From Leptospirales bacterium (GTDB taxonomy: Bacteria; Spirochaetota; Leptospiria; Turneriellales; JAOUFE01): 64,000 nucleotides of DNA. Of this stretch, positions 1-9,693 are shown one piece after another (position 1 is the stretch's first letter; each line of letters opens with the position of its first letter). Made by a program: the position numbers and the translations under genes. A model generated the notes under the pieces. It did not search any database. It was not told the DNA's origin and worked only from the letters and a program-made list of their open reading frames with translations. The stretch lies in the NCBI GenBank assembly GCA_040326155.1, contig JBEQLE010000008.1, positions 1 to 64,000 on the forward strand. The letters are read 5' to 3'.

Positions 1-235
1 CCAGTCGATCTCTGGGAACTTTTAATTTTATGTAATTATTAACTGCCCGAACCAGGCGTTCGTAATAGCCATTTCCTTTATTTTCCGGAACTTTGTTTTC
101 TCTCAGATACTCTTTTCGTTCCAGGTTCATGATTGTTTCAAAAACAGTCTTAATTATTTTTTCGATTGCATTCGTATTGTCATAATGCAATATATCTTTA
201 ACTACTTTGGTGAGATTTTCATCAAATGGTTTCAT
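1..235 (-). CDS. IS256-family (Mutator) transposase, N-terminal part, runs off window start
   Basis: Manual translation: MKPFDENL...IMNLERKEYLRENKVPENKGNGYYERLVRAVNNYIKLKVPRDRL; the NGY..R...L.VPRDR motif is typical of IS256 transposases. AGGA precedes ATG 235; alternative in-frame ATG at 265. Absent from the ORF track. Confidence 0.85.
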   Translation of the reverse strand, partial: MKPFDENLTKVVKDILHYDNTNAIEKIIKTVFETIMNLERKEYLRENKVPENKGNGYYERLVRAVNNYIKLKVPRDRL

Positions 236-316
236 GGTCCGTCCTTTTTTGGTTGTTGTTTGCATTTCAACTTTTTAAGGACGGCCTATTTTAGACACAA
301 TTTTTAATACGGTATC
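1..316 (-). mobile_element. IS256-family element, upstream end with terminal inverted repeat (about 291-316)
   Basis: Minus strand from 316 reads GATACCGTATTAAAAATTGTGTCTAA, resembling IS256-type IRs (GATA...AATTGTGT). It lies just upstream of the transposase and coincides with the break in the NHL-repeat ORF. Confidence 0.7.
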
Positions 317-630
317 GTTGTGATGCCTTCGGGGGCATTAAACCTCGCCGCATTGCCAGTGCCGTCGGTATCACCGCAAGTGTTTGCGCCAGGGGCCGGG
401 CCTGCCAGAGTTGTCACGACGCCGGTCAAAATAACAATCTGACGTATTTTGCAACCCGCTGCAACATAAAGGTTAGTTCCATCGGTTGTTATAGACGTTG
501 CTCCGGTAAACCTCGCCGCATTGCCGGTGCCGTCGGTATCACCGGCAGTCGTGGTTCCTTGGGCCGGGCCTGCCAGAGTTGTCACAACGCCGGTCGAAAT
601 CACAATCTGGCGTATTCTGTTGTTTGACAA
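304..630 (-). pseudogene. Fragment of NHL-like repeat (beta-propeller) protein, truncated by IS256
   Basis: Two about 56-aa repeats IRQIVI.TGVVTTLAG...GDTDGTGNAARF (168-bp period). No N-terminus or signal peptide; reading ends ITT-IPY* at the IS end where the other repeat has ITT-DGTNLY. Confidence 0.75.
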
Positions 631-730
631 GTTTGTTTTGATTCAGCCTGTTAAGCGTAGGGGCGAAGTGTTTTGCACTTTTATGGAGCCACTGGCTCGT
701 CTCCGAATAATGCTATGTTATATCTTATTG

Positions 731-756
731 TAGGGCCTTGCAATGGCAAGGCCCTA
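731..756. terminator. Perfect 11-bp hairpin (REP-like GTAG start; possible terminator)
   Basis: TAGGGCCTTGC-AATG-GCAAGGCCCTA just downstream of the 779..1762 gene. Confidence 0.55.
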
Positions 757-778
757 TTTAACGGGTCAAAAGGCTTGC

Positions 779-1762
779 TTATTTACCAAAATCAACGCCA
801 AAAATTGCATCCGTTGTGCCAGATTGTCCAGTAGTCCAATTAGCCCCACCATCTGTGGAATAATGGACACCGCTAGTGGAATTACCATCATTGTCCACAG
901 CGACCCAACGACTGGTGCCGTCATAAGCAACGCTCTTCAAGTCCTCCGTTATGCCGCTTGTCACAACAGTCCAGTTAGCCCCACCATCTGTGGAATAAAT
1001 CACCGTACCAATAATACCCACAGCAACCCATCGGCTGTTGCCGTCATAAGCAACACTTTTAAGGATATTCCCGGTGCCTGATATACCAGAAGTCCAACTT
1101 ACCCCTCCATCTGTGGAATAACTGACACTACCATTATCGCCCACAGAAACGTAACGATTGTTACCGTCATGAGCAATGGCATATGTATGCTCCGAATTGT
1201 TGGCTGTTCCACCATCCGTCCAGTTTGCCCCTCCATCGAAGGACATACGAACTATACCACTATCGCCCACAGCGACCCAACGAGTGGCGCCATCATAAGC
1301 AGCCTGATAAAGGGTTGATGTTGGACTGGCGAATACCCCAGCAGTCCAAGTAGCCCCCCCATCGAAGGAGTAGAGAGCTGTTCCCGAAAGTCCTAAAGCC
1401 ATCCAGTGATTGTCATCATAAGCAACACCATAAAGGAGATTCCCAGTGTTGGATGTACCAGCAGTCCAACTTACCCCGCTATCTGTAGAGTAATGGACAC
1501 CACCACCGGCTCCCACAGCGACCCAACCAGTGGCACCATTACTAGCAACACTTCTAAGATGATCCGTTGTACCGGAAGTACGAGCAGCCCATGTTGCCCC
1601 ATCGTCTGTGGTATAACGAATCGCACCATTATTTCCCACAATGACCCAACCGCTTGAAACCCCATCAGTCGTTACATCAGCAGTCCCATCATTCGCACAG
1701 CCTATTGATATACCAACGATCAGTGTCATCATGCTAAACATGATTGTAATTATTTTTTTCAT
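779..1762 (-). CDS. Lipoprotein, 7-bladed Asp-box/BNR beta-propeller
   Basis: Signal peptide with lipobox ISIG-C; seven repeats WVAVG..G...YS.DGG.(T/N/S)W; GGAG SD. Confidence 0.85.
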   Translation of the reverse strand: MKKIITIMFSMMTLIVGISIGCANDGTADVTTDGVSSGWVIVGNNGAIRYTTDDGATWAARTSGTTDHLRSVASNGATGWVAVGAGGGVHYSTDSGVSWTAGTSNTGNLLYGVAYDDNHWMALGLSGTALYSFDGGATWTAGVFASPTSTLYQAAYDGATRWVAVGDSGIVRMSFDGGANWTDGGTANNSEHTYAIAHDGNNRYVSVGDNGSVSYSTDGGVSWTSGISGTGNILKSVAYDGNSRWVAVGIIGTVIYSTDGGANWTVVTSGITEDLKSVAYDGTSRWVAVDNDGNSTSGVHYSTDGGANWTTGQSGTTDAIFGVDFGK

Positions 1763-2050
1763 ATGTTCTCCTTACAGGGTTATATGCGATTATTTTAATA
1801 TCATATCGCTTTCCTGATCTTTTTAAAGGTTATACATTACTAATTTGCGTTTGTCGACCGAGATTCGAATCCTGAACCTCTTTTTTGAATTTATCAGAAT
1901 AAAAACCTGGTTTATTTTTTTTAGTAGACATTGCAAATTATAAATCAAGTTAAGTTAGGTGATAAATTCTCTGACGCAGGGGGACTTTCACATATTTGCA
2001 AAGGATTATATCTTTAGAAAAGTGTCTAATAAAGGTAAAAATATTCTAAC

Positions 2051-3631
2051 ATGGCAAAAAAACACTCACCAAAATTTTTAATATTTGCAATATTGCTTTA
2101 TCTCATTGGATCTTCCGTATTTTCATCAGAAATACAATATGGAAGAGATTGGAAATTTTTATCGGTAAAAAGTGAGACCCAAGAATATGATTTTCAATCC
2201 ATAAAATCAAAAGATATAGATTGGATTTCTCAGGAAAATAACATTCTCGACTTTGGCCACACTTCCGGTGATATCTGGCTGAAAGTCGAAGTTTTTGATA
2301 TCCCTCTGGATGAAAGCAAGATTTTTTTGGTGTTCGGCGAATTATTAATGCATTATGCTGCGGTTGAGGTTGGCAATAACGATAACAAATTCATAAAAGA
2401 AACAGGAATAACTATTCCTTTTGAAAATAGAGATACTCAATATGTGTATTCCGCATTTAAACTTCCTATACACAGCCAAAAGTTATTTTATGTAAAAATA
2501 CAATCATCTTCAATAATTAGTTTTCCTGTATCGCTCAGGTCAAAAGTTGAAGTTTATAAGGCTCTAATTGAATTTAAAATTATCCAGGGTGTTTTTTCCT
2601 TTATCTTCTTAATGGTAATTTTATATACCCTTTTGGTATATATGCCTAATAAAGATGTTATTTACCTTTATTATTTGGGCTATGTTGTTTTTACTTTTTT
2701 GAATTTATTTGTTATACGTGGAGCCTTTTTCGAATTTATTAATATTGAGTCGGGCATATGGCACGCCAAAATTGCGCTTTTTTTATATACAACCGCTACT
2801 ATATTTGTGTTGATATTTTCTATTCGGTTGCTGCGTGTCAAATTTTATCTAGGGAAGTGGATCTATCTTTTTTATATGCTGATCGTTTGCTACGCTATTA
2901 ATTATATTTTAATGTTTTCGGATTTGGAGCATCCTCTGCCCCGTGATTACCCCTTTGTGTTGAGCGTGGTTTCAACGCCAGTATTACTAATTACCAGTTG
3001 GGTGATTTATCGAAAAGGGAATAAACTGGCATTGTTTTATTTGCTGGCCTGGACTCCGATGATGATCTTAGTCTCAGCCTATTCTCTTTATCATTTGCTA
3101 GGCCTGCCGTATAATTTTTGGCTTTATTATGGACCGGTATTGATTATACCAGTTGAGTTTTTTGTGTTTAACATCGTTATTTTCAAAAAAATTAAATTTG
3201 AAATCAATATCACAGATTATTTCATAATCAATAAGCAACAATTAGGCACTTATAAAAAAACAAATCTGAGCAATATCCCGGTAGATAAAACAATCTCATC
3301 TTTACAGAATTTGATGCAAGTTCAAAAGATCTACAAACAAAATGCTGACCTCAACCTGTCTCAACTGGCTGAAATGTTGCAGATTAAACCTCACCAGTTA
3401 ACCGAATTGATGAACCAGGCAATGGGAACCAGTTTTTCAAACTTTCTTAGCAAACACAAAGTGCAAGAAGCGAAGCGGCTCTTGTCTGAGAATCCCGAAT
3501 TGCGAATTATTGATGTTGCCTATGAATCTGGTTTTAAGTCAAAGTCCACCTTTAATACTGCGTTTAAACAAATCGTTGGTACCTCGCCTTCAGATTATGC
3601 AAAGAAAATTGGGACTGTTTCGAGCTTTTAA
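2051..3631 (+). CDS. 7TM-DISM membrane sensor with C-terminal AraC HTH
   Basis: Signal peptide, DISMED2-like region (DFGHTSGDIWLK), about 7 TM helices, AraC HTH (IIDVAYESGFKSKSTFNTAFKQIVGTSPSDY). Confidence 0.9.
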   Translation: MAKKHSPKFLIFAILLYLIGSSVFSSEIQYGRDWKFLSVKSETQEYDFQSIKSKDIDWISQENNILDFGHTSGDIWLKVEVFDIPLDESKIFLVFGELLMHYAAVEVGNNDNKFIKETGITIPFENRDTQYVYSAFKLPIHSQKLFYVKIQSSSIISFPVSLRSKVEVYKALIEFKIIQGVFSFIFLMVILYTLLVYMPNKDVIYLYYLGYVVFTFLNLFVIRGAFFEFINIESGIWHAKIALFLYTTATIFVLIFSIRLLRVKFYLGKWIYLFYMLIVCYAINYILMFSDLEHPLPRDYPFVLSVVSTPVLLITSWVIYRKGNKLALFYLLAWTPMMILVSAYSLYHLLGLPYNFWLYYGPVLIIPVEFFVFNIVIFKKIKFEINITDYFIINKQQLGTYKKTNLSNIPVDKTISSLQNLMQVQKIYKQNADLNLSQLAEMLQIKPHQLTELMNQAMGTSFSNFLSKHKVQEAKRLLSENPELRIIDVAYESGFKSKSTFNTAFKQIVGTSPSDYAKKIGTVSSF

Positions 3632-3669
3632 ACTTGTGCGATATAGCAATGTAGTAAAACACTTTCGCT

Positions 3670-3790
3670 CTGCTTTTATCTCTTTTATACGTTTAACCGC
3701 GTGAATATAAGCGGCAGTCCGCATGTTAACTTTTTTATCGTTTTGGATATTATAGACTTTTTCAAAAACGTGTTGCATAATTATTGATTT
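3670..3790 (-). pseudogene. C-terminal relic of Glu/Leu/Phe/Val dehydrogenase (GDH-like)
   Basis: IMQHVFEKVYNIQNDKKVNMRTAAYIHAVKRIKE matches the GDH C-terminal helix pattern (..MRTAAY..AV.R); the rest of the gene is absent. Confidence 0.6.
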
Positions 3791-4055
3791 TCGGTGCCGA
3801 CTCGGCAAAAACGGCGTTCAATGCGTCGGCAATAGCGTATCCCGCGCCTTCCATTGCGGGATGAATAACATCTTTTTGAATCTGGCCCGTACTGCGAAAA
3901 AGAGTGTTAGCGTAATCGTCAATTATATTCCCGATTACGCTGGTTAACGAATTAAAATGCGGCGAAAAATACGAATTTTCATGCTCGTCAAAATACGAAA
4001 CCGTGAGATTATGATCTTTGGGTTTATATTGGGCCGCCGCGAGCACCGCGCGGGA

Positions 4056-5168
4056 TCAAAGCGATTTGATGTTTTTGTTTCGCCACTCTTTCGGAGTCAT
4101 GCTTGTTACGCTTTTAAACGCTTTGTAAAAAGTAGCCGGAGTGTTAAATCCAATTTCGTAGCAAATTTCGGCTATACTCTTCTTGTGTGCTGTCAATAAT
4201 TCCATGGCGTCTTTTATACGCAGATTATTGATATAATGAGAAAAATTCACATTCTCGTGTTTATTTAAATATTCGGACATTTGATGAGAGTTGACACCGA
4301 CCGCTTTTGATAAACTCGATAGATGAATATCCTCTTCGAGGTATATTTTATCTTTTTCTATAAGCTCTTTTAACGCTTCCCGAATTTTTTTCGTATGTTC
4401 CCGGTCGAGATAGCGTCCCAAACCTTCCGCAATACCAAAAGTGTTTACTTCAAAATATATTGCGCCCGATTTAAAATAAAACGGCCATACTTGAAAATAA
4501 ATAAAAGCGATCCAGATTACAAGGAAAAGGGGAAATTTATTATAAATTGCGTTGTGATTTCCAAAACCAAAAATAAAAAAGTTATAAATATGCATTATTA
4601 ACAGCAGAGCGCTGAGCGTTATCAAGACAGCCATCGTGACCAATAATTTCTTCTTTATTTTCTCTTTTCCGGCAGGGTTAAAAGTTATTATAGAAAAAAC
4701 AATAACGCCAATGTAAGTAATTACCCCGGCGCCGAATTCCATATAGTAACTCAATTGGTAAGGAAAAAACACAGGTTTATCCATTTGATGTAAGCTATCA
4801 TAAATTTCCGAAATTTCGCCGTAGTTTTTCGCCATGTATAGAACATATAAACCGACCTCTACAAAGGGATATACAAAAAACAACCGTGCGCGTTTTTTCC
4901 ATTTTGCGTTATCTTCGCTCATCAATACAAGGTTAACGCCAAATACCGCGAAAGTAATCGATGTAATCATGGGCGAAGATCCCAAAAGCCAGGGTGCGTG
5001 CGTTAACGCTCCAGAATAATACATAGACTCAATCAGCGACAACAAACCCATTAAAAATAGAAAAAGGCCCAGTATTAATCTTCGAGGGCTGCGAATTTGC
5101 CATATATAAATGAGACTATTTATAAAAAATATAAAAGCGAGAAAATAGAAAGCCCCAAAATAAATCAA
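4056..5168 (-). CDS. Membrane-bound AraC-family transcriptional regulator
   Basis: Multiple N-terminal TM helices; C-terminal AraC HTH (IAEICYEIGFNTPATFYKAFKSVTSMTPKEWR); AGGAG before TTG. Confidence 0.88.
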   Translation of the reverse strand: MIYFGAFYFLAFIFFINSLIYIWQIRSPRRLILGLFLFLMGLLSLIESMYYSGALTHAPWLLGSSPMITSITFAVFGVNLVLMSEDNAKWKKRARLFFVYPFVEVGLYVLYMAKNYGEISEIYDSLHQMDKPVFFPYQLSYYMEFGAGVITYIGVIVFSIITFNPAGKEKIKKKLLVTMAVLITLSALLLIMHIYNFFIFGFGNHNAIYNKFPLFLVIWIAFIYFQVWPFYFKSGAIYFEVNTFGIAEGLGRYLDREHTKKIREALKELIEKDKIYLEEDIHLSSLSKAVGVNSHQMSEYLNKHENVNFSHYINNLRIKDAMELLTAHKKSIAEICYEIGFNTPATFYKAFKSVTSMTPKEWRNKNIKSL

Positions 5169-5805
5169 CTTTTGCTCCTGACGCGCTTCGTATCTTTGCG
5201 GGGTTTCGCCCCAGGCGAATGATAAAAAAAAGATACCCGTAACGCTTTATTTTTGCCGCGCAATTCTTTCTATTCTCGCGACATCTTCGTTATTAAATCA
5301 CCCGTATTGAAACACAATTTTACTCATGTATTACTTATTGGCTTTTTATTGCGTTCCCAGTTGCTTTACAATCCTGTTTCGCAAGTCCCAAAGATTAAAT
5401 TCCATGGACAATATCTTCCTGAATTTCCATAACGTCAAATAATTTTTTCAAATTTAGCTGATTTAGGATTTTCAATATATATGTTTTTATGAGGTATTTC
5501 TCGATAAAGATGGTTATATTGTCAGCAAGAAAAGGAGAAAAGACTCTGACGAAGACAATTAAAAGCGTGGTTTTAATTTTAAAGAGTCAGGCCGGGTTCG
5601 ATCTGGGAATTCTCACTAATATAAAGGGAAATTCGAGAGGGGTTTCATCCTTCGGAATGTGACCGCGCAACCGAGGGAGTAAATTTTTTTGAAGTAGAAT
5701 ATACATAATTTATCGGGGCCAACAGTTTAATATTCGACTTTATATTATTTTGCCACGGTCAAATTCCTATTATGTTATAACCAATAATTGAATTATTTGA
5801 ACGGT

Positions 5806-6192
5806 CTAAGCCTCACTTAATTTTTTTAATGTTATGGAGATCTCCCCTTTATTTAATTTCCCGGAAGCAACATTGATCATCATTTCGTATAAAATTTCAT
5901 GAGGATCATTGATATCGATATTATTCAAATCCAAAAAAACCAATCCGGAAGTTAAAGCAGTTCGTTTATTCCCATCTACAAAAGGATGATTCTGGGTTAT
6001 ATGAAATATATATGCAGCTGCCATTTCATAAATATCATTATGCAAATATTGGCCGGAAAATTGGGCTTCAGGCATCGCTATCGCTGAGCTTAATAGATTT
6101 ATGTCTCTAATACCACTGCTACCACCATATGCATTGATCTGGTTTTCATGAATTAATATTATCTCCGCAAGAGATAGAAATTTTTTATCCAT
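5806..6192 (-). CDS. doc: Doc/Fic-family toxin
   Basis: Fic/Doc motif HPFVDGNKRTA; N-terminal YGGSSGIRD. Confidence 0.92.
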   Translation of the reverse strand: MDKKFLSLAEIILIHENQINAYGGSSGIRDINLLSSAIAMPEAQFSGQYLHNDIYEMAAAYIFHITQNHPFVDGNKRTALTSGLVFLDLNNIDINDPHEILYEMMINVASGKLNKGEISITLKKLSEA

Positions 6193-6196
6193 CAGC

Positions 6197-6424
6197 TTAT
6201 TTGGCTAACTTTGATAAGGTTTTGCTAAACTTTCGGTTGATCTTATCTAAAGAATTTTTTACTTTTTCTTCCGCTTGCTCATCTGTTTGAGGTGAGATAA
6301 TCAGATTTTTTCCATCAGTATTTATCTCTAATGGTGTTTCATCACTTATTTTAAGCAATTCTAGAATTGGCTTATCGATGATCAAAGCTGAACTATTACC
6401 GTGCTTAATAAGTTTCTTAATCAT
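6197..6424 (-). CDS. AbrB/MazE-type antitoxin of the Doc module
   Basis: KLIKHGNSSALIIDKPILELL AbrB-fold motif; ends 4 nt upstream of doc. Confidence 0.88.
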   Translation of the reverse strand: MIKKLIKHGNSSALIIDKPILELLKISDETPLEINTDGKNLIISPQTDEQAEEKVKNSLDKINRKFSKTLSKLAK

Positions 6425-6430
6425 AACAAC

Positions 6431-6459
6431 AATGTATACACGATAGTGTTACGTGTCAA
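6431..6459 (-). promoter_or_regulatory. sigma70-like promoter of the antitoxin-doc operon, probably leaderless
   Basis: TTGACA-N17-TACATT with 6 nt to ATG; ACAC-gata-GTGT inverted repeat in the spacer. Confidence 0.6.
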
Positions 6460-6538
6460 TAAAATATTTTCTATAAATACCTGGAAATATTACGGTTGCA
6501 TTGCGCACTATAAACATACGGTGTGCTATTCCTTAATT

Positions 6539-6735
6539 CACAAAAAAATCCTGCGGTTTTTTTGTATCGCTCCGTTCGACTATAGTTTGAAGTTTATTTC
6601 GGAAAAAAACGTCGTTTTTTTCCGATCGCTCCGTGGAATTATTGTTGCTTCGTTCGATTTTCATTTGAAGTATTTTGTTTCCAAAAAGCATGGTTTTTAA
6701 AAACCAGCTTCGAGGTATTATTTTAGTATTTCGTC
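6539..6735 (+). repeat. Dispersed intergenic repeat family A, copy 1
   Basis: CACAAAAAAATCCTGCGGTTTTTTTGT...GCTTCGTTCGA...TTTGAAGT...CCAAAAAGCATGGTTTTT, shared with copies at 9915, 30320 and 56795. Confidence 0.75.
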
Positions 6736-6805
6736 GGGAAATGGCCAGCCATTTTCTTCGAAAGAATAATCTTGATAGTGGTATTACCTTTCATAGTTTG
6801 GCAAT

Positions 6806-7357
6806 ATGGGTAAGCAATTCAATAAGTTGGAAGAGAAGCACAAAAAGTTTATTTCGGAGCAAAAAATTTTCTTTGTAGCAACTTCACCGAAAGGGGGAAA
6901 GATAAATCTCTCACCAAAAGGGATGGACACTTTTCGCGTAATCAATTCAAACAAAGTTGCCTGGCTGAATTTTACGGGTTCGGGAAATGAGACGGCGGCC
7001 CATCTGTTTGAAGACGACCGTATAACGGTTATGTTTTGCAGTTTCGACCAGAAACCGTTGATTCTTCGTTTATACGGAAAAGGGCAAACGGTTCATCCCA
7101 GAGATTCGGGGTGGCAAGAGTTGTTGAAACTGTTTCCGCCCGAGCGCGGCGCCCGACAGATTATTTCCATTGATGTGGACATGGTGCAAACTTCCTGCGG
7201 TTATAGTGTTCCCTTTTACGAATACAAAGGGGAGAGGAATCGTCTTTTAGAATGGTTTGAGGCAAAAAGCGACGATGAAATTCACAGCTATTGGGAAGAG
7301 AAGAATACTCTTTCTCTGGATAATAAACCAACCTATGTGTTAAGGCCCCCCAAATAG
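6806..7357 (+). CDS. Pyridoxamine 5'-phosphate oxidase-like FMN-binding protein
   Basis: FFVATSP..G.INLSPKG.D, LNFTGSGNETAAHL, VQTSCGYSVP motifs. Confidence 0.88.
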   Translation: MGKQFNKLEEKHKKFISEQKIFFVATSPKGGKINLSPKGMDTFRVINSNKVAWLNFTGSGNETAAHLFEDDRITVMFCSFDQKPLILRLYGKGQTVHPRDSGWQELLKLFPPERGARQIISIDVDMVQTSCGYSVPFYEYKGERNRLLEWFEAKSDDEIHSYWEEKNTLSLDNKPTYVLRPPK

Positions 7358-7397
7358 TTAATATAGATTGAATAAAGAGTTAATACCTTTTTTATAA

Positions 7398-8390
7398 TTA
7401 TTTTTCGAAATGGCGTAACGGTTTGTCATAGATTAAATTCCTTAAATTAACCGGTTGTTTTAAAAGTCCATTTTCTATCATAATTCGTGAAAGTTTTCGT
7501 CCGGTTAAAAACAGTATGGGAGAATCACCTAAAATAAATCTGCAATTTTCCTCATAATCAGGTATTCGAAGGCCCGATAAAGATTTAGTAAATTGGTCCG
7601 GGGTAATCTTTTGCCTGGTTGCCATTATATTGGCTGACTTTTTCGGAGAGCTTTTAAGGTAATCTACAGCCTTGAACCAACCAACCAGCAAGTGATGAAT
7701 TAAGCCATCGAAATTCGTTCCAGGGTCGACCTTAATCGCCAGTACATCGACAATTTCACCGGGTATGCCGGAACTGTCAAAAATAATATTCGTGTGTTGT
7801 GATGCAAGTTGTGTCAGTACAGGTTCGAAAGTCACCACCGCAGAAATCCCGTTAGAGTAAAATTCTTTAAGATGTTTATCAATTCCTATGTTAACTATGA
7901 CTATATCGGATGTTCTCATTCCATGAATTTCAAGGGCGCGAGTTAAGAAAAAAGACCCTAAAGCGTTGTTCTCCACCCCCACTTGTTTTCCCTTTAAATC
8001 ACGAACGGTGTGAATACTGCTTTTGGCAACAATCGCATCCCCTCCATGTGAAAGGTCCAGCATTAAAACAATTTTGAGGTTTGGTATATCCTGGGACAAT
8101 AATAGAGTTTCGTCGAGAGTCAAAGCTGCTGCGTTAATTTTACCATCCCGAAACGCTTGCATGACTTCGGACGTATTGGAATATTCTTCCAACATAACCT
8201 TAGTTCGATCAAAATATTTTTTATTAGCTGCAATATATAAAGGAGCATAACCCGGCCAGGAGTTGGCCCCTATTTTTATGAATTCCGCTTTCGGTTCTTT
8301 GCAATTCACAACGATCAAAGCAAAAATAAACCATATCCAAATAAAAATTTTCCAGTACTTTTTGCTTTTCCCCATTATGGAGCCATGCAA
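7398..8390 (-). CDS. NMT1/SsuA/TauA-like substrate-binding protein
   Basis: N-terminal signal; WPGYAPLYIA, DLSHGGDAIVA, DLKGKQVGVE; no adjacent permease or ATPase. Confidence 0.82.
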   Translation of the reverse strand: MHGSIMGKSKKYWKIFIWIWFIFALIVVNCKEPKAEFIKIGANSWPGYAPLYIAANKKYFDRTKVMLEEYSNTSEVMQAFRDGKINAAALTLDETLLLSQDIPNLKIVLMLDLSHGGDAIVAKSSIHTVRDLKGKQVGVENNALGSFFLTRALEIHGMRTSDIVIVNIGIDKHLKEFYSNGISAVVTFEPVLTQLASQHTNIIFDSSGIPGEIVDVLAIKVDPGTNFDGLIHHLLVGWFKAVDYLKSSPKKSANIMATRQKITPDQFTKSLSGLRIPDYEENCRFILGDSPILFLTGRKLSRIMIENGLLKQPVNLRNLIYDKPLRHFEK

Positions 8391-8439
8391 TATCTACTCA
8401 ATAAAATATCAAGAACTAATTTTGTTGCGCTATAGTTCT

Positions 8440-8979
8440 TCAAAGCCGAAGGTTCATGCCGGTTTGGGTCGTAAAACCAATTGTGCGAGAGGTAACCTTC
8501 CCTTTGGAATCGATAAAATAAAAGGTTGGAAACCCTGAAATATGGTATTGCTCTGCCACACGAGAGTCTCCCGCTAATACAGGCATTTCTAAACTATGCT
8601 TTTTGGCAAAAATTTCAAGCTCTTGAACATTATTGTAAGATAGCCCCACAGCCAGTACAACCGTTTCATCTTTTGTATCTGCATTATGAAGATTGCCCAC
8701 ACTTGCCGAGGTCAAATTACAAACACTACACCAGGGAGCAAAAAAATAGATCATCACGGGCTTTCCTTTATATTGTTCAAGAGAAAAACTGTCGCCTTTT
8801 AAATCAGTTAAAGTAAACGCAGGTGCGGTCTTCTCTTCCGGAATTAAATTTCGGGTCTGGTATGCATGCACCCCGTATAATATTATAAGGTAAAATGGTA
8901 ACTGTAGAAAGGCAAAACGATAATATGGTCCGATAGTTTTCCATTTTTGCCGACTATATTCAAAAAGTTGCTTTATCAT
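8440..8979 (-). CDS. TlpA/ResA-like membrane-anchored thioredoxin-fold protein
   Basis: TM anchor, APAFTLTDL, WCSVC CxxC, GFPTFYFID. Confidence 0.88.
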   Translation of the reverse strand: MIKQLFEYSRQKWKTIGPYYRFAFLQLPFYLIILYGVHAYQTRNLIPEEKTAPAFTLTDLKGDSFSLEQYKGKPVMIYFFAPWCSVCNLTSASVGNLHNADTKDETVVLAVGLSYNNVQELEIFAKKHSLEMPVLAGDSRVAEQYHISGFPTFYFIDSKGKVTSRTIGFTTQTGMNLRL

Positions 8980-9505
8980 ATTATCCTAATATAGTAAATT
9001 TTCAGCAGACGGCAACGTTTTCTTGCAAGGAGACGTCTTTGTGTTGGTGGCTTAAGGTAAATATACGTGGGTAAATCCACGTCAGTTTTACAAGAAATCG
9101 CGCAAAAGGCGCGGGCCTGCGGAGGGTTCGCGAAAAACAGAATTACTATATTTCATAGAACGAAACGCCGCGCAGTTCCCCGAATTATTACACCTGAATT
9201 TTCGAAGGTCCTCCCTCCGGTCGGCCTCGGGGCATAGAAAAAAATAATTATGATCAACCCTCCTCCGCCCTGACAAGAGGTGTATATTACTCATTACCAT
9301 TTCGTTCCAAGTCTATTACAAAAAAACCTCATGCCGCTTGGGGAATTCCACAAGCGAAACAGATACCGCCTTCGCCCTGGGGGTTTCCCCAGAATCAGCG
9401 TTAACCGCCAAGCCGATACAAAAAAAGGAAAATAATTTTAAATAACTTCATGTTTTCATTATTATACTTGACAAGCTGAATTCATCAGTCATAAACCGTC
9501 TACAA

Positions 9506-9586
9506 ATGAGACAAGATTATTTACAAAAAAACACGAATCCAAAAAGCGATTGTACACAACGTCGCTCAAGGGGTGCCTTTGTTTAA
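9506..9586 (+). CDS. Candidate leader peptide (uORF), 26 aa: MRQDYLQKNTNPKSDCTQRRSRGAFV
   Basis: ATG 9506 to TAA 9586, downstream of TTGACA (9468-9473); the stop codon lies inside a predicted antiterminator stem. Confidence 0.45.
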   Translation: MRQDYLQKNTNPKSDCTQRRSRGAFV

Positions 9587-9652
9587 GTAGTTCGTTATAT
9601 ACGTTCCAACTAATTAAGAAAGGCGAACCCAGTGTTCGTCTTTTTGCGTTTT
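9575..9652 (+). promoter_or_regulatory. Mutually exclusive antiterminator/terminator pair (attenuator)
   Basis: 9575-9592 GCCTTTGTTTAAGTAGTT pairs with 9608-9624 AACTAATTAAGAAAGGC; alternatively 9619-9628 AAAGGCGAAC pairs with 9634-9643 GTTCGTCTTT, with the T-rich tail TTTTTGCGTTTT from 9641. Confidence 0.6.
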
Positions 9653-9693
9653 ATACTGCGCATTTGAAAAGTTGGAAGAATTTGGAGAATATA

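Noticed and set aside
1855..1880. TTCGAATCC as a tRNA T-loop
   Set aside because: No cloverleaf can be formed around it.
6401..6878. ORFs 6401..6700 and 6675..6878, and similar ones at 9788-10137, 56879..57145 and 59994..60329
   Set aside because: They are translations of repeat or hairpin DNA; their mutual similarity reflects repeat family A.
9550..9693. N-terminal extension of the 100-aa ORF from the track
   Set aside because: It starts at TTG without an SD and crosses the attenuator; ATG 9694 has a GGAG SD.
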